Source: a virus
Taxonomy: Duplodnaviria; Caudoviricetes
Virus record (IMG/VR): IMGVR_UViG_3300038393_001554
Coordinates: 1-39,339 of that record
Length of the DNA: 39,339 nucleotides
Reading direction: 5' to 3' (one strand)
In this document: one piece after another, positions 32,146 through 39,339 of the stretch
Layout: each line of letters starts with the position of its first letter
Numbering within the stretch: position 1 is the stretch's first letter
Notes under the pieces: generated by a model
Database searches by the model: none
The model's input: only the letters and a program-made list of their open reading frames with translations
Told to the model about the DNA's origin: nothing
Position numbers and translations under genes: made by a program

Positions 32146-33324
32146 TTACGAGGGCTTCCGCGTCTCCAGGTGCCTCAGCCGGTTGAAGATGCGGGCGATG
32201 TACTGGAACTGGCGGGCCAGGACGTCCTGGTTGTTCGTGGAGTCCGAGGAGCCGACGACGGCCTTGGCGACGTATCCGCCCTGTGCGTCGAAGGTGATGT
32301 TGACCTCCCGGACCACGTCCGAGAAGAAGTCGTCCCGCACCTGGCAGGAGACCTTGTCGCCCACTGTGTAGTCCCGCCCGAACTGGAGGAGCGGCGTGTC
32401 GATGGGGGTCATGGTCAGGTTGCCCTGTGCCGCCCCGGAGGTCAGGGCCTCGTTCGCGGCCTGGTCCATCTGGGCCGTGAGGTCAACAGACGCGGTGTCC
32501 ACGCTCGTGAGGTCCGCGAACTGCTCGATCCACGGTCCGGGGAAGGCCGGGTCCGCCCGGGTGTACACCTGCACCACGCGGGGACTGCTGCTGCCTCCGG
32601 CCACCACTATGGCCTTGGTGCAGGTCGGGGCCGTCACGGAGTACGAGGCGTCGGTGAGGTTGCCGAGCTTGGAGGAGAACTTCGCCGAGGCCGAGAGGTC
32701 AGCCGGCTCGTAGACCTGGAACTGGAGGTTGGCCCCGACCTGGACGATCCGGAAGCCCAACCCGGCCGTCTTGGCGATGTCCTGGAGGACGGTCAGGAGG
32801 TTGTCGAACTGGTTGACCTGCTTGGTGATGCTCGCGCCATGGGCACCGTCGGCGGCCAGCGTGAGGTTCGAGATCTTGCGGGCCGACTGGGCTCCGGGTC
32901 CGATGTTGAGGTTCACCAGGGCCCGCATGGCCGTCTCGGCCACGACCCCGGAAATCTTGTACACCGGGTCCGTCTGGGAGCCCGGTGCGGCCGTCGGGTC
33001 GGGCCAGCAGGTCGTCCCGGCGAGGAGGGTCATGTCGTCCACGCCGTTGACCGTCAGCGTCCCGCTGCCGCCGTCTCCCGAGGACCAGTTCGGCTCCCGG
33101 ATCGGGCCGGACATCAGCACGTCCGAACCCCGGCGGATGATCAGGCCGTTGCCGGGGATCAGGAGGTCAGCCTTGGGGGAGTCCGCCGAGATGTTCAGGA
33201 CGAACGCCCCCACGGCGTTGAACCGCGGAGTGATGGTTAGTGAGGTGAAGTCGTCCACCACGCCGAGGATCTGGAGGTTCTGGTCCCGGACCTGGACGGT
33301 GACCGGCGGGGCGTCGAAGGCCAT
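32146..33324 (-). CDS. Minor tail protein (ReqiPepy6 Gp37-like)
   Basis: VRD.NL..GVVDDF.SL...RFNAVG.F; FGRDY.VGDKV; downstream of Dit. Confidence 0.85.
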   Translation of the reverse strand: MAFDAPPVTVQVRDQNLQILGVVDDFTSLTITPRFNAVGAFVLNISADSPKADLLIPGNGLIIRRGSDVLMSGPIREPNWSSGDGGSGTLTVNGVDDMTLLAGTTCWPDPTAAPGSQTDPVYKISGVVAETAMRALVNLNIGPGAQSARKISNLTLAADGAHGASITKQVNQFDNLLTVLQDIAKTAGLGFRIVQVGANLQFQVYEPADLSASAKFSSKLGNLTDASYSVTAPTCTKAIVVAGGSSSPRVVQVYTRADPAFPGPWIEQFADLTSVDTASVDLTAQMDQAANEALTSGAAQGNLTMTPIDTPLLQFGRDYTVGDKVSCQVRDDFFSDVVREVNITFDAQGGYVAKAVVGSSDSTNNQDVLARQFQYIARIFNRLRHLETRKPS

Positions 33325-33333
33325 CTCCACCTC

Positions 33334-34266
33334 CTACGCGGTGAGGAAGCGGGGCTGGTAGTCGAGCTGGACCGTGGTGCTGCTGTTCGTGCCCACCAGC
33401 GTCAGGGAGACGTTGTTCAGGCCGGGCTGGAGGCTCCACAGATCCGAGGTGGCGGCGAGGTTGGGCCACCAGTTCGTCGTGCCGTTCAGGATGGCCGTCT
33501 GGACCCGTTCGCGGGCGTCCACGACCAGGACGTCCGAGGAGCCGAGAGCGGCCGTCACGGAGAAGCTCAGGCCCGTGGAGTCGTTGGAGATGACCACCGA
33601 CGTGGCGGGTCCGTGGATCGTCCAGACCGGGAACGCCGAAGCGTCGCCAGGGTTGTCGATGACCGTGGAGCCGAGGACCTGGGAGTCCCGGACGACCACG
33701 GGCAGGACCGGGAAGAAGTTGCCAGTGGCCCCGGCGCCGTACTCCAGGTGCATCGACTCGCCAAGCCAGTACGGGCTGGGGCACGACAGCGTGATCCCCA
33801 TGCTCTGCCAGCGCATGCCGGAGGCGTCCTGCCCGGTGTCGCCCTCCACGCCCGAGACGTAGTACGCCCCGATCGTGCGGTACGTGCCGTCGGCCTCGGT
33901 CACCGTCAGCGTCCCGGGCCCCAGGCGGGGGTTCAGGGTCGCCAGGAAGGACCGCTTGCGGGCCATGAAGTCTGCCCGGTCCGATCCGAAGAGAACGACC
34001 GGGAGGAAGATCTCCCGGGCCTGTGCATGCAGGCCCCGCAGTGCGTTGCCGTCGATCTGCGGTGACGCATCCGTGTAGAAGTCGAACCCGGGCAGATCCA
34101 GGCCCCGGGTGCCGGGCTGGAGGACCCAGCCGTTCTCCCAGTCGGACAGGAGCGTCATGCGCCCCTGGGAGTCCGTCCAGGAGAGGCTGGGCACCTCCAA
34201 CGGTTGGACCGGAGGCGGGTTGTAGCCGCCCGGGGTGATCCCGGAAGGGCGTACGAAGATGGCCAT
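33334..34266 (-). CDS. Distal tail protein (Dit)
   Basis: G.RGLDLP..REIFLP..CPSPYW..NPGD..AFPVWTI.GP..LW.L.PG.N; directly after TMP. Confidence 0.85.
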   Translation of the reverse strand: MAIFVRPSGITPGGYNPPPVQPLEVPSLSWTDSQGRMTLLSDWENGWVLQPGTRGLDLPGFDFYTDASPQIDGNALRGLHAQAREIFLPVVLFGSDRADFMARKRSFLATLNPRLGPGTLTVTEADGTYRTIGAYYVSGVEGDTGQDASGMRWQSMGITLSCPSPYWLGESMHLEYGAGATGNFFPVLPVVVRDSQVLGSTVIDNPGDASAFPVWTIHGPATSVVISNDSTGLSFSVTAALGSSDVLVVDARERVQTAILNGTTNWWPNLAATSDLWSLQPGLNNVSLTLVGTNSSTTVQLDYQPRFLTA

Positions 34267-34287
34267 GCATGCCCCTCCGGGTTCTCA

Positions 34288-37200
34288 TCACATCGCGATC
34301 TGGGCGCTGTAGAGGGCGTGGTAGTCGCGCAGGGCTTCCATGACCGTCTGCCTGGTCGGCTTGTCCGTGACGTTGGCGTTGAAGGTCACGTTCGGCTGAG
34401 CCCGCTCCTGCCGGGCAGCCGGCTCGATGCCCACACCGCGCTGAACCGCCCCCGCCATCTGGTTGGCGCTCGTGACGATCGCCTGGTGGGTGGAGTCCAT
34501 GCCCATGACGAGGCCCTGACCGACGTGTTCGCCGATCTCGGCCATGACCCGGGACGGGCTCTTGATCTTCAGCGCCTTCTTGATGGCCTTCTGGATCGCC
34601 TTGGCCAGGGCGGACATCTGGTTCTCGATGGCCTTCTGCTGGGCCTTCAGACCAGCCAGGAAGCCGTCGCCCGCCTTGGACCCCGCGTCGTACATGGCGT
34701 CGGCCGCCGCGTTCCCGTATGAAGCGCTGGCCTTGTCGATCGCGGCCTGGGTGGCGTTGATCGACTTCAGCTGATCCGGGGTTGCGTTGACCAGAGCCTG
34801 TGCGTACGCGGCTCCCGAGTCGGGGCCCGCCGAGATGATCTGTTGGAGCAGCTCCTTGGAGAGCCCCATCTTGGCGAGCTTGCCGAGGTTGGCCGAGAAG
34901 GCCTTGAGCTGGCCCAGACGGACGTTCAGGCCGTGGAGGATGCCCGACGCGTCGAAGGTGTTCCCGCCGTTCGGCAGGGACGTCAACGCCGCGAAGGACT
35001 TCCCGGCGGCCGTCTGGTCCGTGGCCAACTGCTGCGCTGCCGCGATGTTCGCCGCAATCTTGTCCCGCTGTGTCGCAAGCGCCTGGAGCTTGGTGCTCGA
35101 AGAGGCCAGCGACTTCAGGAGCTTGTCGTCTATGGACGACTTCACGCCCTTGAAGGCGTTCTTGATCGCGGTGGTCACCTTGGCGATGGCGTTCTTGATC
35201 TCCGTGGTGGAGCCCTGGAGACCCTCCAGGAACGCCTTGCCGATGACGGCGGCGATGCTGCCCTTGCCCGTGGCGGAGATGACCCCGCCCTTGGCGTAGC
35301 CCGGCACCGGCCCCATCTGGGCGGCCATGCGCATCGAGCGGTCATGCGGGATGACCTCGATACCGCCGGGCAGGAACCTCAGCAACTCCGGGCCCTCTTC
35401 GCCGACCCAGGCGACCTCTCCGGTGCGGGGGAAACCGCCCTTCGCGTAACCGCCGGGACGGTCGTACGCCTTGTGCAGCGACCCGTACGCCCCGAGGGCG
35501 TACCGCATCGAGCTGTACACGTTGGCCAGCGGGTCGACCGACGTCCCATACAGGAAGGGCCCTCGCTTGAGGTACTTCCCTGCATAGGACCGGAACGTCG
35601 GGCCGATGACCTGCATGAGGCCGACCGACGGGTGACCCGCCTGCCAGTTGCTGTCCCACTTGTTGACGATCGTGGGATTGCCGCCGGACTCCTGCTGCAT
35701 GCGCCGCAGGGTCGAGCTGAGCAAGCTGGCCGGCTGTCCGACCTCCTTCAGGGCCTGGAGCACCACAGAGGTCCACTGCTTCACGCCCGCCGAGGGCTTG
35801 TAGCCCTTCAGCGCTGCGCTGCTTCCGGCTCCGTCGTCCTCCTTGCCCCTGATGAAGCTCACGACCTTGCTCGCGAGCATCACCGGGACGTTGCCCACCA
35901 GGCCGGACCAGGTGGCCTTGCCCGGATCGACCTTCAGGGAGCTGACCCCGAGGAGGGCCTTGAAGGTCTTCTCGGCCAGGTCGGCGACGCCGCCCCGGGC
36001 CCAGTCGGCACCCTTCTTCAGGAGGTCGACGCCACCGCTCACGACGCTCTTCAGCGTGTTGGTGACCGGGTTGTCGGTGACGGCGTCCCAGATGCCGCCG
36101 CCCCAGTAGGCGCGGTGCGGGAGCCCCTTGGCCAGCAGAGCCTGGACTCCGGCCACGCCGCCCGTACGGGCCGCCGCGTTCAGGGCGTTGATGCCGCCCC
36201 GGCCTACGGCCCGGGTGACCTCCGGCCGCATGATGGCCTCGCCGCCGGACAGGTCCAGCACGCCGCCCGTGGGGGAGACGAACCGGTGGACGTCCCGGCC
36301 AGGCGTGTAGCCCGGCAGGATGCCGCCGGTGGCGAAGCCCCGGGGGAGCGCCATCGCCGGGATCGATCCGATACCCGGCAGCTTGGCCGCCGTGTTGTTC
36401 CAGACCTTGCGCAGACCGTTGTTGAAGACCGTCTCCACCAGGAACCGCACGGGCTTCTTGGCGATGTCGGAGAGCTTGCTCCAGGCCGACTTGATCCCGT
36501 CGACCGCCGACTTGAAGAAGCCGACGACGCTGTTCTTGAAGCCACGGACGCCGTCACCGACGGACTTGGCCATGGAGGTGGCGCGGTCGGCCACTCCGGT
36601 CCACAGGCTCTTCCAAGCGCTGGAGACCCAGCTCTTGGCGTCGTTGAACCGGTCCCGGACGGCCTTGGCGAAGCCCGCCACCCGGTTGCCCACCGCCTTG
36701 GCGCCATCCACGGCGCGGCCGACGGTGTTGTTCCAGACGGCGTTCCAGATGTCCTTGATCCACTGCTTGCCGGTGTTGAACCAGTCCCGGATCTTCTTGA
36801 TCAGGTCCGGGATGATCGAGTGGCCGACCAGCTTGTCGTAGAGCCACTGGAACTTGTCCGCGATCCACTCGCAGACGTGCTTGACCGCATCGATGAAGGG
36901 CTGGAGCTTGCGCCCCATGTCCTTCACGAAGTCGATCAGGCCCTGGATGGCCGGGAGGACGACCTTCTCGATCACCCAGACGGCCAGCCGGACCAGCAGG
37001 TCCACGAGCTGGAGCAGCGGAGGCAGGAGCGGCAGGATCGCCGGGAGCACCTTGGTCAGGAACTGCGTGCTCATCAGCAGGAGCTGAGGCAGCAGCGGCG
37101 CGATCGCCAGCAGCAGGTTGCCCAGGGACTTGCCCATGTCGATCAGCGGCGGCACGAGCTGCGGAATGACCGGAGCCAGCTCCTGAAGGATCTGGAGGAA

Positions 37201-39339
37201 CACGTCCGCGTACTTGCTGACCAGGTCGCCCAGGATCTTGCCGAGGCCTTCGATGATCGGCGTCAGGATCGGCCCCAGCGCATCGGCCACGGTCGCGATC
37301 ACCGGGGCGAGCTTCTCGATCACCTTGGCGATGACCGCGAAGACCGGACCCAGCGGCTTGAGCGCGGTGGCCAGCAGTTGCCCGATCACCGGGATCAGGG
37401 GCGAGAGGGCCACCAGGATCTTGCCGATGGCGTCCGCGAGGATCACCAGGACCGGGCCCAGAGCGTCGATCACCGGCTTCAGGGCGTCGCCCAGAGCCTT
37501 CACGACGGTCTCGATCGGCGGGCCGAGCTTCTCGAAGATCTGGCCCACGAACTTCAGGGCCGTGCCGAGGAGCGGGGCCACCGTCTTGGCGATCGTGCCC
37601 ATCACCGAGAACAGGGCCTTCAGGCCGCCCTGTACCTCCTTGCTGGAGGTGATCTTCGCGATCTCACCAGTGATCGTCTTCAGCATCCCGATGGTGCCGC
37701 CACCGGTGTTGGCCCCGGCCATGAAGATGTCGCCGAGGATCGAAAAGACGTTCTTGCCGACGTCCATCAACTGGCCGAGCAGGCTGACCGCCTGGTCGAT
37801 GGCCTTCTGCATGGCGCCGGACTTAAAGGCCTTGCCCAGCTTGTCGAAGATCTTGTCCGCGACTCCCGCCGCGCCCTTGGTGATCTTCTGGAAGGCGGGC
37901 TGGGCTGCCACGGCCACCTGCCCGAAGGCGGTGACGAGCTGGCCCGGGATCCTGCTCAGCGGCGACAGGGACTTGGCGGCCCCGTCCATGATCTTCTTGA
38001 GCATCCCGGTCTTGGCCAGGTTGTCGACCGCATCCAGAGCACTCTTGGCCATCCGGTTCAGGACGCCTGCGGTGCCCTCCAGGCCGCCCCGAAGGATCGG
38101 GATGACCCGCGAGCCCACATCGCTGAGCCGGCTGCCGATCCCGGCGAACAGACGGTCCTGGACGCCGAGCTGCATGGCGTCCCAGGCGGGCTTCAGACCC
38201 TGCACCGAGGCCACGAACGCACGGGCGTTGGGGGACAGGCGCGAGAGCGCGTCGTTCAGCTTGTTCGTACCGGAGGCCGCAGAGAGCTGGGCCTCGGCCA
38301 CGCGCTGCTGAGCGTCGGCAACGGCCTGCTGGGCCTGGGCGATCGAACGCTGGCCGTCCCGGGCCGTCTTGGCCTGAGCCGCCCTGGCGTCCGCGAGGGC
38401 CTGCTCCTTGTCCTTGACGTCCTGGTTGGCCTGCGCCTGGGCCTTCTTGGCGTCGATGACGTTCTTGGCGCCCTCGACCCCGGCCTTGTCGGCAGCCGCG
38501 ACCTGCTTCTGGAGGTCCTTCTGCTTCTGCGTCTGGTCCGCGAGGTTCTGCTTGGCCTCGTCGTACGTGAGCTGCGCCTGTTCGCGCTGAAGCTCGCTCG
38601 CCGTCGGGTCGGCCAGGACCTTGTACAGGTCCTGCTGAGCCTGCTCGACCGCCAGGGTGGCCGAACGCTGGTCCAGGGCCGAATGCGTGAGCTGGTTCTG
38701 AAGGTCCCGGAGGTTCTGGATGGCCTCCTCGCGGGCCGTGTTCAGGTCCAACTGGGCTTGCTTGGCCTGCTGCTGCGAGGTAGTGAGGTCCCGCTCCGCA
38801 CTGACGACCTGGCGGGCAGCCGCCTGGTTCGCCGAGGCCGCGTTTTCACGGGCCACGGCCACCTGCTCAACAGCCTTCTTGACGCCCTCCTCGGCACTGG
38901 CCACCTGGTTGGCCGACTGGACGGCCTTGGTGGAGTCCGTGGGGGCGAAGGCCGCCTTGAAGGCGTTGCCGAGTCCGGCCGTGCCCAGCTTGATGGCACC
39001 GAAGGCCGAGCCGAGAGCCGCAACCGCAGGGACCGCCAGGGCTGCCGCCGGGGCGATGGCCGCCACGACGTTGACCAGCGAGCCCACGAGGGGCGCGGCG
39101 GAGCCGAGGAGAGCGACCTTGGAGGCCAGGCCCGCCACGGCGCCATCGGCCGAGAAGGCCGCACCCGTGATCTTGGAGATCAGCCCTTCGGCCTGTGCAG
39201 CCTGGGAGCCGTTGACGTTCGTGTGGATCGTCGCCGTGCGGTTCCGGGCGAGGTCGGCCAGACGGGCTGCCGCCGCCGTGGTGTCCGCGTTGGCGTTGAC
39301 CGTGACCGACCGAGGCCGGGTCAGGAGCGCCAGATCGTC
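34288..39339 (-). CDS. Tape measure protein, C-terminal part (coiled coil, amphipathic repeats, lytic transglycosylase domain)
   Basis: Longest ORF; QESGGNP..N.WDSN..GHPSVGLMQVI..DPLAN at about 35470-35790; IKSPSRV; open to the window end. Confidence 0.95.
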   Translation of the reverse strand, partial: DDLALLTRPRSVTVNANADTTAAAARLADLARNRTATIHTNVNGSQAAQAEGLISKITGAAFSADGAVAGLASKVALLGSAAPLVGSLVNVVAAIAPAAALAVPAVAALGSAFGAIKLGTAGLGNAFKAAFAPTDSTKAVQSANQVASAEEGVKKAVEQVAVARENAASANQAAARQVVSAERDLTTSQQQAKQAQLDLNTAREEAIQNLRDLQNQLTHSALDQRSATLAVEQAQQDLYKVLADPTASELQREQAQLTYDEAKQNLADQTQKQKDLQKQVAAADKAGVEGAKNVIDAKKAQAQANQDVKDKEQALADARAAQAKTARDGQRSIAQAQQAVADAQQRVAEAQLSAASGTNKLNDALSRLSPNARAFVASVQGLKPAWDAMQLGVQDRLFAGIGSRLSDVGSRVIPILRGGLEGTAGVLNRMAKSALDAVDNLAKTGMLKKIMDGAAKSLSPLSRIPGQLVTAFGQVAVAAQPAFQKITKGAAGVADKIFDKLGKAFKSGAMQKAIDQAVSLLGQLMDVGKNVFSILGDIFMAGANTGGGTIGMLKTITGEIAKITSSKEVQGGLKALFSVMGTIAKTVAPLLGTALKFVGQIFEKLGPPIETVVKALGDALKPVIDALGPVLVILADAIGKILVALSPLIPVIGQLLATALKPLGPVFAVIAKVIEKLAPVIATVADALGPILTPIIEGLGKILGDLVSKYADVFLQILQELAPVIPQLVPPLIDMGKSLGNLLLAIAPLLPQLLLMSTQFLTKVLPAILPLLPPLLQLVDLLVRLAVWVIEKVVLPAIQGLIDFVKDMGRKLQPFIDAVKHVCEWIADKFQWLYDKLVGHSIIPDLIKKIRDWFNTGKQWIKDIWNAVWNNTVGRAVDGAKAVGNRVAGFAKAVRDRFNDAKSWVSSAWKSLWTGVADRATSMAKSVGDGVRGFKNSVVGFFKSAVDGIKSAWSKLSDIAKKPVRFLVETVFNNGLRKVWNNTAAKLPGIGSIPAMALPRGFATGGILPGYTPGRDVHRFVSPTGGVLDLSGGEAIMRPEVTRAVGRGGINALNAAARTGGVAGVQALLAKGLPHRAYWGGGIWDAVTDNPVTNTLKSVVSGGVDLLKKGADWARGGVADLAEKTFKALLGVSSLKVDPGKATWSGLVGNVPVMLASKVVSFIRGKEDDGAGSSAALKGYKPSAGVKQWTSVVLQALKEVGQPASLLSSTLRRMQQESGGNPTIVNKWDSNWQAGHPSVGLMQVIGPTFRSYAGKYLKRGPFLYGTSVDPLANVYSSMRYALGAYGSLHKAYDRPGGYAKGGFPRTGEVAWVGEEGPELLRFLPGGIEVIPHDRSMRMAAQMGPVPGYAKGGVISATGKGSIAAVIGKAFLEGLQGSTTEIKNAIAKVTTAIKNAFKGVKSSIDDKLLKSLASSSTKLQALATQRDKIAANIAAAQQLATDQTAAGKSFAALTSLPNGGNTFDASGILHGLNVRLGQLKAFSANLGKLAKMGLSKELLQQIISAGPDSGAAYAQALVNATPDQLKSINATQAAIDKASASYGNAAADAMYDAGSKAGDGFLAGLKAQQKAIENQMSALAKAIQKAIKKALKIKSPSRVMAEIGEHVGQGLVMGMDSTHQAIVTSANQMAGAVQRGVGIEPAARQERAQPNVTFNANVTDKPTRQTVMEALRDYHALYSAQIAM

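Noticed and set aside
29267-33240. 617-aa and 419-aa + strand ORFs
   Set aside because: Shadows of tail genes

Overview
A high-GC (about 70% by eye) temperate siphovirus genome, most likely from a Streptomyces host, and apparently complete. It is circularly permuted and opened inside the tape measure gene. Positions 1-127 are identical to 38985-39111, giving a unit genome of about 38,984 bp, followed by a 228-bp diverged allele of the same segment. The minus strand carries terS/terL, portal, scaffold, a P22-coat-type capsid, two paralogous putative decoration proteins, head-tail genes, major tail, tail chaperones with a -1 frameshift, a TMP with a lytic transglycosylase domain, Dit/Gp37-like tail proteins, a polysaccharide-deacetylase tail protein, holin-like genes and an amidase endolysin. 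The centre holds a tyrosine integrase, xis, an intact attP (3' end of a tRNA, probably His, with arm-type repeats), a P22-type antirepressor, an orphan C5 methyltransferase and an HNH endonuclease. I see no classical Xre/CI repressor and no recognisable replication enzymes. The most notable signal is a regulon resembling those of Streptomyces plasmids and AICEs. A KorSA-like GntR/UTRA regulator has an operator-like palindrome that recurs 10.8 kb away (19 of 22 bp) at the promoter of a four-gene DUF2637 (Spd-like) membrane operon. The lead genes of both candidate target operons contain an in-frame TTA (bldA-dependent) codon, and there is no TraB. All family assignments come from motif recognition by eye, not database searches.
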